Assembly: GCA_016928055.1 (NCBI GenBank)
Contig: JAFGLM010000001.1
Span: 31,260-95,259, forward strand
DNA length: 64,000 bases
Origin: Gammaproteobacteria bacterium
GTDB taxonomy: Bacteria > Pseudomonadota > Gammaproteobacteria > HTCC5015
Reading direction: 5' to 3'
Part shown: positions 37,900 to 46,994 of the stretch, in pieces
Layout: the number at the start of each line of letters is the position of its first letter
How positions within the stretch are numbered: the stretch's first letter is position 1
Notes under the pieces: generated by a model
The model's database searches: none
Seen by the model: only the letters and a program-made list of their open reading frames with translations
What the model was told of the DNA's origin: nothing
Position numbers and translations under genes: made by a program

Positions 37900-39741
37900 T
37901 TATGAAATCATAAAAAACTGTATTGATTGATAGCTTATCCATGCAGCAAGATAAGCAAATACGCTATAGGCAAAAAACATCTGCACCGGCAATTTCCAGG
38001 AACCGGTTTCTTTCTGAAGAATGACCAGGGTCGAAAAACACTGTAAAGCTAATGCAAAGAACACCAGTAATGCAATACCGGAACTGAGCATTAAACCGCT
38101 ATTCTGAATTTGCTCAGCCAGCGGCATAACATCATCCACTGCTCCTTCGATACCGAATAGAGTTCCCAGGGTACCGACAAACACTTCGCGTGCCAGAAAT
38201 GATGTCAATATCGCAACACCATATTTCCAGTCTAAACCCAAGGGTTCAAATAAAGGTTGTATGAGCTTGCCCAGCCCTCCAAGCCATGAGCCCGACAGAT
38301 CAGTACCGTGATTTGGAAAATAACCCAACACCCAAACTGCCACAGTAACCATAAAAATGGTCGGCCCTGCTTTGGTTACAAAATGCTTGGAGCGATTCCA
38401 CGAATGTCGCAGCAAAGGGTGCCATGAGGGAAAACGATAAGGCGGCATTTCCAGTACAAAGGGTTGGTCTTTATGGAAATCAGGTCTTGCCTTCGACATA
38501 AATGCCGTCACCAGCAATCCGCAAAATATGCCAAAGAAATAGATGCCAAACATAGCCAGACCCTGCAAACCAAAGAGTCCACCCCATACTTTTTCGGCAG
38601 GAATAAACGCAGCAATCAACAGTGCGTAAACCGGTAATCTTGCGGAACACGGCATCAGCGGCACCGCCAGATACGTCAGCCATCGTTTGGTCGGTGACTC
38701 AATGGTGCGCGCAGCATAGATGCCTGGAATCGCGCAGGCTACGCCGGATAACATCGGTATAAAACTTTTGCCGGTCAACCCAAAAAAGCGTAACGGCTTA
38801 TGACATATGACGGCCGCTCTGGCCATATAACCGGAATCTTCAAGAATGCCGACCACCAGCGTTAAAACAAAAATCTGTGGCACAAAAACCAGAAAGGCGC
38901 CAAAACCGCCAAACAAAGCATCCTTTACGAAATCATGCACGATGGACGAGGTGATAGTCGGTAATACAAATGAGGCGATACTGCTTAAGCCCGTATCCAC
39001 AAGATCCATAAGCGGTGCCGCCCAGGTAAAAATGGACTGGAACAATAAATACATAATCAAAAAAAACGATGCGGTACCCAAAAACGAATGCAGAAAAAAA
39101 GCGTCCAACGACGCTTGGGCTTTAATCAGTAAATCGCCTTTCAAACCAAATTCATGCGCCAAGCGATGCGCCGTTTCGACGAGCTCAGAATCACTTGCCT
39201 GCAGAAACTTTTTTGTATAGTTCTTATGGTAAGAAGCGATGCTCCCACTCATCTCATTATGCAGTTCTTCAAATCCCTGCCCGGTTTTTGCTGACATGGC
39301 TATTACCGGTACGCCTAAAGCTTCACTTAATGCACCGGTATCAATATTCAGCGAATGACGATGCAATATATCAAACATATTCGCCAGCACAATCACCGGC
39401 TTATTGTGTTGCTGACAGGCCTGTATAAGTTGCAGAGCGAAATACAATCCCTTTTCTAAGCGTGTTGCATCGAGCAGGCAAATCACATACTCAAGTCGAT
39501 CAGTTTTCAGCGATTTCTTTAAAGCCCGAACCGCTATTCGCTCTTCTTCCGAAATGGGATGCAAGGAATAAACGCCCGGAAAATCAACCAGTTTTAAATC
39601 GGGATTTCGTAAACTGGTGCCGGAACTGACATCAACTGTAATACCCGGGAAATTAGCGACTTTATGCTGGAGTCCGGTTAAGCGGTTAAATAATAAACTT
39701 TTGCCTGAGTTGGGGCTGCCGATAATCAGAGCTTCATTCAT
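37900..39741 (-). CDS. feoB: Ferrous iron transporter FeoB
   Basis: The N-terminal G-domain IGSPNSGKSLLFNRLTG...VANFPGITVD...DFPGVYSL is followed by a polytopic membrane domain. Confidence 0.95.
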   Translation of the reverse strand: MNEALIIGSPNSGKSLLFNRLTGLQHKVANFPGITVDVSSGTSLRNPDLKLVDFPGVYSLHPISEEERIAVRALKKSLKTDRLEYVICLLDATRLEKGLYFALQLIQACQQHNKPVIVLANMFDILHRHSLNIDTGALSEALGVPVIAMSAKTGQGFEELHNEMSGSIASYHKNYTKKFLQASDSELVETAHRLAHEFGLKGDLLIKAQASLDAFFLHSFLGTASFFLIMYLLFQSIFTWAAPLMDLVDTGLSSIASFVLPTITSSIVHDFVKDALFGGFGAFLVFVPQIFVLTLVVGILEDSGYMARAAVICHKPLRFFGLTGKSFIPMLSGVACAIPGIYAARTIESPTKRWLTYLAVPLMPCSARLPVYALLIAAFIPAEKVWGGLFGLQGLAMFGIYFFGIFCGLLVTAFMSKARPDFHKDQPFVLEMPPYRFPSWHPLLRHSWNRSKHFVTKAGPTIFMVTVAVWVLGYFPNHGTDLSGSWLGGLGKLIQPLFEPLGLDWKYGVAILTSFLAREVFVGTLGTLFGIEGAVDDVMPLAEQIQNSGLMLSSGIALLVFFALALQCFSTLVILQKETGSWKLPVQMFFAYSVFAYLAAWISYQSIQFFMIS

Positions 39742-40013
39742 TGAATGGTCTCAATGCTGGTTGCAATCAATTTAGCAACTCGATCATCGAGCGAATAAAC
39801 CGAATTATGTACCCGGTACAATTTAGGTGCGCCAAAACTGGGCGCCAGTATGCAGGTCACCGATTGGCCCGGGTGGAATCCGAGTTCCTGCAAGCGCAGG
39901 CAATAGCTTGCATCCAGTTCCAGATGAAAACCCTGCACCTGACATTTTTCACCTGCCGGCAAATCCCACAGGGATTGCGTGGATTGCAGAACCAACGTAT
40001 CCATATTGCTCAA
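39738..40013 (-). CDS. feoA: FeoA-family ferrous iron transport protein
   Basis: 91 aa, SH3-like (LRLQELGFHPGQSV). 4-nt overlap with feoB. Confidence 0.85.
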   Translation of the reverse strand: MSNMDTLVLQSTQSLWDLPAGEKCQVQGFHLELDASYCLRLQELGFHPGQSVTCILAPSFGAPKLYRVHNSVYSLDDRVAKLIATSIETIQ

Positions 40014-40070
40014 GTCACTCTAACCTAAAATTCTTGTTTTAAATGTTGTGCGGGTTTGCTCAACAAGTTT

Positions 40071-40089
40071 TCAAATGATATTCATTATC
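40071..40089. promoter_or_regulatory. Fur box upstream of feoAB (shared with the divergent fetB-like gene)
   Basis: tcaaatgatattcattatc matches the consensus GATAATGATAATCATTATC at 15 of 19 positions. It lies 58 nt upstream of the feoA start. Confidence 0.7.
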
Positions 40090-40358
40090 ATTTAGACATG
40101 CAAGTGATAAAAGTCCCTGATATAACCATACTTCATATTTTATTTATATTTCAATATGTTACTGGATATTTATAATTTACTTTCTCAATAAAAATTCGGC
40201 TTTTTATTCTTATTCTTCCGATCTGCCTAGGCATTCGAGGACATTACGTAAAATGGCGCCACCGCCTAGCTTCAATGTACTATTGCCCTTCGCTAATAAA
40301 GGTCTGCCCTGCGCAGACTATTTCCATTGATCTCACTCCCACTGGAAACCGACTCATT

Positions 40359-41093
40359 ATGTCCGCAAGCATTCAAACCATTCCGATACCCAATCTGATA
40401 TTGATGGTAGTACCCGTCCTGATTGTGATTGGCTATATGTTCAAGTGGTCTTTGAATGGCTGGAATGCCGTTTACGCCGTCGCCAGAATGCTGCTACAGC
40501 TCGTTCTGATCGGCTATATCCTGGTCTATATTTTTGAAGCCGAGCACTCACTTGTTGTTGTGGCTGTTCTGTGTGTGATGTTTTTTATTTCCGGTTCAAT
40601 CGCCCTGCATCCGATAAAAAATCGGCATCGACACTTGTATCTGCATATCACCTTATCGCTTTCGGTGGGTTGCCTTTTCATGCTGGCACTAGTCACCCAA
40701 TGGGTCCTTGCACTGAAACCCTGGTTCTTGCCTCAGTTTATGATCCCGATTGCAGGCATGATCTTCGCTAATGCCATGAATGCGGTGAGTCTGTCTGCCG
40801 AACGATTTTCATCGGAAACCGGGAATGGCGTTGCTTATGAAATTGCCAGGCAACGATCCTTGCAGGTCGCCCTGATTCCGCTGCTCAACAGTTTATTCGC
40901 GGTCGGACTGGTATCACTGCCGGGCATGATGACCGGGCAGATACTCAGCGGAGTATCACCACTCATCGCGGTTCGCTATCAGATTATGGTGATGTGTATG
41001 GTCTTTGGCTCAGCAGGAATCTCGGTCATTTGTTACCTGTTACTGGCGAAAACCCGTATTTTCAACACCACTACCGGCTCGAAGATGTCATAA
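40359..41093 (+). CDS. fetB: UPF0014/YbbM (FetB)-family ABC-type iron-export permease
   Basis: VARMLLQLVLIGYILVYIF, IPIAGMIFANAMNAVSL and SLPGMMTGQILSGVSPL match the YbbM/FetB family. I prefer the start at MSASIQT. Confidence 0.7.
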   Translation: MSASIQTIPIPNLILMVVPVLIVIGYMFKWSLNGWNAVYAVARMLLQLVLIGYILVYIFEAEHSLVVVAVLCVMFFISGSIALHPIKNRHRHLYLHITLSLSVGCLFMLALVTQWVLALKPWFLPQFMIPIAGMIFANAMNAVSLSAERFSSETGNGVAYEIARQRSLQVALIPLLNSLFAVGLVSLPGMMTGQILSGVSPLIAVRYQIMVMCMVFGSAGISVICYLLLAKTRIFNTTTGSKMS

Positions 41094-41157
41094 GCCGATC
41101 TCAATTCTCCAGCGAGGGAACTATACTCAAGGGAGTTTAGTTATTGAGGACTCCGTC

Positions 41158-41631
41158 ATGACCATTGCTCAAACTGTCAATCGTCATCTCAACAAAAAGC
41201 ATATCGACTATCAGGTTGTTCACCATCGTCCTTCCGGTTCCAGCCTGGAGTCCGCGCGCAGTGCGCATGTCAATAGTCAGGAAATTGCCAAAGGAATACT
41301 GCTCAGGGACGAATATGGCTATGTACTGGCTGTAGTGCCGGCCAGTCGCGAACTCGATCTAAAGGAAGTCGAACAGGAACTGGGACGTCGTTTGCATCTG
41401 GCCAAGGAATATGAACTCAACGAAGTTTTCACCGATTGCGCGATGGGCGCGGTACCGGCTGTGGGCCCGGCCTATGGACTGGAAACAGTCGCAGATACAC
41501 ATCTCAGGTCACTTGAGGATATCTATTTTGAGTCCGGCGATCATGAAGAATTGATTCATGTAGCGGAGCCGCAATTTGAACATCTCATGGAGGGAGTCAG
41601 CTATAAACACATCAGTCGACCCAAGGAATAG
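41158..41631 (+). CDS. YbaK/EbsC-type aminoacyl-tRNA editing domain protein
   Basis: 157 aa from MTIAQTV. AKGILLRDEYGYVLAVVPASRELDLKEVE...GAVPAVGPAYGL fits the YbaK/ProRS-associated domain pattern. Confidence 0.6.
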   Translation: MTIAQTVNRHLNKKHIDYQVVHHRPSGSSLESARSAHVNSQEIAKGILLRDEYGYVLAVVPASRELDLKEVEQELGRRLHLAKEYELNEVFTDCAMGAVPAVGPAYGLETVADTHLRSLEDIYFESGDHEELIHVAEPQFEHLMEGVSYKHISRPKE

Positions 41632-41779
41632 AACGGTCATTGCGCAGAAGCTGAAATTTCGTTTCAGTGGTTGCTGAAGTCCGGGTGTTTACCCGGATTT
41701 TTTTATGTTCACCAACATTTTCATGTTTATAATAGCTGCACCTTATATCGCCCGCGTGACCAATCAGTTAGGAATAAAT

Positions 41780-42523
41780 ATGCGAGCTTTGGCACTAGTA
41801 GCCTTGTTGATCACTAATGTTGTCTCCGCACAACAACTGGATGCATCTGTTCTTATTCAATCCGCTATGGATCATTGGCGCGGCACCACTTCCTATTCCG
41901 AGATGACCATGACGATTCATCGAACCGGCTGGGAACGTACCATGTCGATGCGTGCCTGGACTGCCGGTGACAAACAATCGCTGGTTCGGGTTACCGCACC
42001 TAAAAAAGATGCCGGCAATGCCACCCTGCTGGATAACAAAAGCATGTGGACTTTTTCGCCCAAAGTAAATCGGATAATCAAAATACCCTCATCGATGATG
42101 GCGCAAAGCTGGATGGGTAGCGATTTCTCTAATAAAGACATCAGTCGTTCAACCGAAATTATTGATGATTACACACATACTCTGACTGAAACGATTGAAC
42201 AGGATGGTCATAACGTTTATGTCATCACTTCTGTTCCACATGAAGATGCTGCTGTTGTCTGGGGTAAGGAGATCTGGACCATACGCGACGATTTTGTTGT
42301 GCTCGAAGAACAATTCTGGGATCAGGATGGTGTGCTGGTAAAAGTCATGAAAACAACAGCGATTGAAACAATGGGTGGTCGTACGGTTGCAAAAACCATG
42401 CGAATGGGGGAAGTGGAATCACCACAAGAATGGACAGAAATGATCGTCGATACGATTGAATTCAACATTGATTTGCCCGCCAACATATTCACTCAATCCA
42501 ACTTGCGTAATCCGCGCCAGTGA
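41780..42523 (+). CDS. LolA-like 'outer membrane lipoprotein-sorting' periplasmic protein
   Basis: Signal peptide MRALALVALLITNVVSA. TMTIHRTGWERTMSMRAW...SLVRVTAPKKDAGNATL...MWTFSPKVNRIIKIP...SWMGSDFSNKD matches the LolA_like family usually found next to FtsX-type ABC permeases. Confidence 0.7.
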   Translation: MRALALVALLITNVVSAQQLDASVLIQSAMDHWRGTTSYSEMTMTIHRTGWERTMSMRAWTAGDKQSLVRVTAPKKDAGNATLLDNKSMWTFSPKVNRIIKIPSSMMAQSWMGSDFSNKDISRSTEIIDDYTHTLTETIEQDGHNVYVITSVPHEDAAVVWGKEIWTIRDDFVVLEEQFWDQDGVLVKVMKTTAIETMGGRTVAKTMRMGEVESPQEWTEMIVDTIEFNIDLPANIFTQSNLRNPRQ

Positions 42524-43749
42524 GCATTATCCTAAGACTGGCCTGGCGCAATTTGTGGCGACATAAACGTCGCACCTGGCTGACGGTCAGCGCCATGGTT
42601 TTTTCCAATGTGCTGCTGGTTTTTATGATCTCGCTGCAACTCGGGACCTATAAAATGATGATTGACAACACCTTAAATGCTTTTTCAGGGCATATCCAGG
42701 TACAACATCATTTGTACAATGACGATCCCAAAATCCGTTATAGCATCCCGGAGATCATTCAGTTAACCGGGCAACTTCAACATGCGCTGGGCAGTGACGC
42801 TGTGAGTGCACGCGCATCCGCTTTTGCGTTGGCTTCCAGCGAACAGCGTTCATACGGCATACAGATTATCGGTGTGCAACCCCAATCAGAATTTAAAGTT
42901 TCAACCATACCGGGACTGGTAAAAGAAGGCCGTTATCTCTCTGATCCGTATGCCGAAGAAATTGTTATCGGTAAAGTACTGGCGCGTAATCTAAAAGTCA
43001 AAGTCGGTGATGAATTGACTCTATTGGGCAGCGGTCGTGACGGTTCTTTTGCCGCCGGCATTGTAAAGATTGCTGGAATTTATGAGTCCGGATTAACAGA
43101 TCTTGATCGTGGTATGGTTGAAATGCCACTACTTTACTTTCAACAATTGTTCGTTATGGAAAATCAGGGGCATGCCATTGTCGTAAACGTACCGGATCTT
43201 TTTGAAGTCAATCAATGGCAACAGAAAATTATTCAGCAAATAAAAGTCCAGCCGGAACTGCTGGCGCTGAACTGGATGGAGTTGCAACCGGGTCTGTTGC
43301 AGGCGATTCAGGCCGATATGTCCAGCGCCTGGTTTATGTACGGAATACTCATCATCTTAGTTGCCTTCAGTGTTTTGAATACCCAGCTGATGTCGGTTCT
43401 GGAACGTACGCGGGAGTTTGGCATTACAATGGCATTAGGACTTAAACCCGGTAAGCTCGCCCGCCTGATTATTCTGGAAACCGGTTTAATGGCATCACTG
43501 GGTTTACTGCTTGGCTGTTTGATAGGTTTTTTAATTACGCTCTATTACCAGCGTTATGGTTTTTACTATCCCGGTATGGAAGAAATGGCTATCAAGTTTA
43601 ATCTTCCCGATAGAATGTATCCCAGTGCTTCATGGTTATCAGTGTTGTTTGGACCGCTCATCGTTTATCTTTTCAGTATGCTCGCAACGCTTTATCCGGC
43701 ATTGCGTTTGTATTTCCTGCGCCCGGTCGACGCCATGAGAGCAGCTTGA
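42520..43749 (+). CDS. FtsX/MacB/LolC-type ABC transporter permease 1
   Basis: N-terminal LAWRNLWRHKRRTWLT, a large periplasmic loop, and three C-terminal transmembrane segments with ERTREFGITMALGLKP. GTGA overlap with the upstream gene. Confidence 0.85.
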   Translation: MSIILRLAWRNLWRHKRRTWLTVSAMVFSNVLLVFMISLQLGTYKMMIDNTLNAFSGHIQVQHHLYNDDPKIRYSIPEIIQLTGQLQHALGSDAVSARASAFALASSEQRSYGIQIIGVQPQSEFKVSTIPGLVKEGRYLSDPYAEEIVIGKVLARNLKVKVGDELTLLGSGRDGSFAAGIVKIAGIYESGLTDLDRGMVEMPLLYFQQLFVMENQGHAIVVNVPDLFEVNQWQQKIIQQIKVQPELLALNWMELQPGLLQAIQADMSSAWFMYGILIILVAFSVLNTQLMSVLERTREFGITMALGLKPGKLARLIILETGLMASLGLLLGCLIGFLITLYYQRYGFYYPGMEEMAIKFNLPDRMYPSASWLSVLFGPLIVYLFSMLATLYPALRLYFLRPVDAMRAA

Positions 43750-44981
43750 TGCAAACACCGATTAAAACAATCACCATCCTGGCATGGCGCAATTTGTGGA
43801 GAAACTATCGCCGCACTTTTATTATGCTGGCCGCGATTACCGTCGGCGCATGGGCGATGATTTTTATGACGGCGTTAATGCGCGGCATGGTCGATGAAAT
43901 GATCAAGGACGGAATTCGCAGCCTTCCCGGTCATGTACAAATTCATCACCCTTTATATCGAGATGATCCCAGTATTACCAATAGTCTTTCCGCACCGTCA
44001 AAGCAATTGTTAACCGCACTAAAGCAGGATGATGTTATTGCCTGGTCGACGCGTGTACGGGTGCCGGCAGTGATTTCCAGTGAGCGCGACAGCCGCGGCA
44101 TTATTCTTGTAGGCATTGATCCCGTTGCCGAACGTTCTATCACCAACACGGCAGATAATATTTCCGAAGGTCGGTTTCTAACCGACAAACTTGATAACGG
44201 ACTGGTCATCGGCGCCGCATTGGCAAAACGTCTTGACACGCAACCGGGCAAACGTGTTGTTGTTATGAGCCAGGATCCCGACAATGAAATTGCAGATCGT
44301 GGGTTTCGCATTGTCGGCTTGTATCAAGCGACCATCGAAGCGATGGAAGAAAACACAATATACGCAGCTCGTGATACCGTACAGAAACTTTTAAAAATGG
44401 GCGATCAGATTTCTGAGGTTGTCATTCTCGGCAAAGATTATCGTGATGTCAGCACGCTAACCGAAAACATTAAATCAGCCGCTGCTAACGACACCGAAGT
44501 ATTACCCTGGCAGGAACTGGATACTTATCTTGGTACCATGCTCAAAGTGATGGATGGATTCGTATTTGTCTGGATCGTCGTCATTTTTCTGGCCTTGTCT
44601 TTTGGCCTTGCCAATACCTTGATTATGGCGGTCTTTGAACGAGTGCGGGAGATCGGTTTAATGCAGGCGCTCGGCATGCGGCCCAGCGGCATACTTTACC
44701 AATTTATGCTGGAAGCATTTTTCTTACTGACCATTGGTCTTGGCATTGGCAATATAGCAGCCGTCGCCAGCATCAAACCACTGGAAAGCGGTATTGATCT
44801 TTCCGTTGTCGCTGAGGGCATGGCAATGATGGGTGCCGGTAGTACGCTGTACCCTGCCCTGTATATCAGCGATATAATTTTGGCGAATATTATCGTCATA
44901 ATTCTTGGTCTTTTAACCAGCCTGGTACCGGCGTGGCGCGCATCGCGTTACGACCCGGTTGAAGCAATTACCAAAACTTAA
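43749..44981 (+). CDS. FtsX/MacB/LolC-type ABC transporter permease 2
   Basis: LAWRNLWRNYRRTFIM...ERVREIGLMQALGMRP...VPAWRASRYDPVEAI. I prefer the start at MQTPIK (TGATG overlap) over the track's 43632. Confidence 0.85.
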   Translation: MQTPIKTITILAWRNLWRNYRRTFIMLAAITVGAWAMIFMTALMRGMVDEMIKDGIRSLPGHVQIHHPLYRDDPSITNSLSAPSKQLLTALKQDDVIAWSTRVRVPAVISSERDSRGIILVGIDPVAERSITNTADNISEGRFLTDKLDNGLVIGAALAKRLDTQPGKRVVVMSQDPDNEIADRGFRIVGLYQATIEAMEENTIYAARDTVQKLLKMGDQISEVVILGKDYRDVSTLTENIKSAAANDTEVLPWQELDTYLGTMLKVMDGFVFVWIVVIFLALSFGLANTLIMAVFERVREIGLMQALGMRPSGILYQFMLEAFFLLTIGLGIGNIAAVASIKPLESGIDLSVVAEGMAMMGAGSTLYPALYISDIILANIIVIILGLLTSLVPAWRASRYDPVEAITKT

Positions 44982-45002
44982 TGTCTTGCATAAGGTGTAA
45001 TA

Positions 45003-45701
45003 ATGACTGCCATTAGCTGTAAAGCACTTTGCCGTACTTTTCAACAAGGCGAAGTAAAAATTACAGGACTTGATCAAGTCACTATCGATATCGATGACGG
45101 CGAATTCGTCTGCCTGTCCGGGCCTTCCGGTTCCGGAAAGACCACGTTGCTCAACGCTATGGGTGGACTCGATACACCAGACAGCGGTCAGATAACCGTC
45201 AATTCGCAACGCATTGATCATCTAAGCAAGGGCGAAATGGCCGACATGCGTTTACATAAAATTGGGTTTGTTTTTCAGGCCTATAATTTGATTCCGGTTT
45301 TAACGGCACAGGAAAATATTGAATTTGTTATGCAGGTTCAAGGCGTACCGGCCACTAAACGACACATTAAATCACTGGAGGTTTTAAAAGAAGTCGGGCT
45401 TGAAGGTGCGGCAGACCGACTGCCATCACAGCTATCCGGAGGTCAACAACAACGTGTCGCTGTCGCTCGTGCCATCGTCAGCAAACCCACTCTAATACTG
45501 GCTGACGAACCAACTGCCAATCTTGATACAAAAACCGCATCACAATTAATGGATCTTTTCGTTGAATTGAATCGTCATCACAAAATAACCTTCGTTATCT
45601 CTACTCATGATCAGCGAATTATGACCTATGCCCGGCGTCTGATCAAAATGCAGGATGGCAAGATTATCAGCGACGAAAAACTTTCCAGCGCAATTCAATG
45701 A
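45003..45701 (+). CDS. ABC transporter ATP-binding protein (LolD/MacB ATPase type)
   Basis: Walker A GPSGSGKTT, signature LSGGQQQRVAVARA, Walker B ILADEPT. Confidence 0.9.
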   Translation: MTAISCKALCRTFQQGEVKITGLDQVTIDIDDGEFVCLSGPSGSGKTTLLNAMGGLDTPDSGQITVNSQRIDHLSKGEMADMRLHKIGFVFQAYNLIPVLTAQENIEFVMQVQGVPATKRHIKSLEVLKEVGLEGAADRLPSQLSGGQQQRVAVARAIVSKPTLILADEPTANLDTKTASQLMDLFVELNRHHKITFVISTHDQRIMTYARRLIKMQDGKIISDEKLSSAIQ

Positions 45702-46960
45702 TCGCTACCGTGAAGCGACTTACTATCGCGACTTTTTTTGTCTTGTTCTGCCAAACTGTGTCGGCTAATGACTCGTTCGATGTCAACGGTCACAGCAAAT
45801 ATCGTCTGTTTGTCACTGAATATCCTGACGATAGTATTTATCGGCAATACCTTGGTGATGATGCTAATGATCAAAACATCGATATTCGCTTAAATCTGAA
45901 TTGGCAACAATCTGCCTGGAGATTTCAGGCGGATTATCAATTTATAACGCTGTACGGCGATACACTGGAGTTTTCCGGTCAATTGCCGCCGCTTATTTTT
46001 TCAACTGATACCATACAAAATGATGATCATCGTCTGCTTGATCTGACCCGGGTCATTCACGAAGAGGATGATCTGGCATCGCTGCATCGCCTCGACAGAC
46101 TATATTTCGGTTATGCCTCCGGTCCTACAGTCATTCGTTTTGGCCGTCAGGCGATCAGTTGGGGTAATGGGTTGATCTACACACCAATGGATTTTTTTAA
46201 TCCCTTCGATCCGTCTGCTATCGATAAAGAATATAAAACCGGCGACGACATGTTGTACGGTCAGTATCTTTTTGATAGTGGCAATGATATGCAGGCGATC
46301 AGAGTGATTCGGCGTAACGATGAGGGCGATATCAATAACAATGTCAGCTCAACGGCTTTCAAATATCATGGCCTCGTCGGTAATAGCGAATATGATTTAT
46401 TACTGGCGCAACACTACAACAACAATATCATTGGCATTGGCGGTAACACTTCATTGGGCGGCGCGGTCTTGCGCGGTGATATCACTTTCACTGAAACCGA
46501 TACCAATACCATCTCCAGCCTGGTAACCGGCGTATCCTATTCCTGGGTTTGGGGATCAACCAATTACAGTGGCGTGCTTGAATACTTCTATAATGGCTTT
46601 GGTATCAATAATGGCGACTACAGCCCGGCTATATTGATCCAAAATCCGGATTTATTACAGCGCATCCAGCGCGGTGAAATTTATAGCCTGGGTAAACGAT
46701 ATCTGGCAACGTCCCTTACAATAGAACTCACCCCTCTGTGGTTGATTACACCTTCGATATATCATAGTCTATCCGACGGTTCTTCGTTGTTTCAATTGCT
46801 GAGTCGGCACGATTTATCACAGAATCTACAGTTACTACTGGCCATTCATAGTCCATCGGGATCATCCGGCACTGAATATGGCGGTATTCCTTCTGGGATT
46901 GACAATCTAAATTTAGGTAACGGTAATCGTTTTTTTGCACAGCTTGGATGGTATTTTTAG
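45698..46960 (+). CDS. Putative outer-membrane beta-barrel protein, translationally coupled to the ABC ATPase
   Basis: Signal peptide ...FCQTVSA/ND. Alternating beta-strand pattern and a Tyr/Gly/Asn-rich composition. C-terminal ...FFAQLGWYF is a terminal aromatic beta-signal. ATGA overlap with the ATPase gene. Confidence 0.6.
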   Translation: MIATVKRLTIATFFVLFCQTVSANDSFDVNGHSKYRLFVTEYPDDSIYRQYLGDDANDQNIDIRLNLNWQQSAWRFQADYQFITLYGDTLEFSGQLPPLIFSTDTIQNDDHRLLDLTRVIHEEDDLASLHRLDRLYFGYASGPTVIRFGRQAISWGNGLIYTPMDFFNPFDPSAIDKEYKTGDDMLYGQYLFDSGNDMQAIRVIRRNDEGDINNNVSSTAFKYHGLVGNSEYDLLLAQHYNNNIIGIGGNTSLGGAVLRGDITFTETDTNTISSLVTGVSYSWVWGSTNYSGVLEYFYNGFGINNGDYSPAILIQNPDLLQRIQRGEIYSLGKRYLATSLTIELTPLWLITPSIYHSLSDGSSLFQLLSRHDLSQNLQLLLAIHSPSGSSGTEYGGIPSGIDNLNLGNGNRFFAQLGWYF

Positions 46961-46994
46961 TTAATATGTTTATCTATCATAAGGTATAAAAGCT

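Noticed and set aside
43632-43748. 39-codon upstream extension of the second FtsX permease
   Set aside because: It lies entirely inside the first permease gene. MQTPIK at 43749 gives the conserved LAWRNLWRN N-terminus and a TGATG coupling junction.
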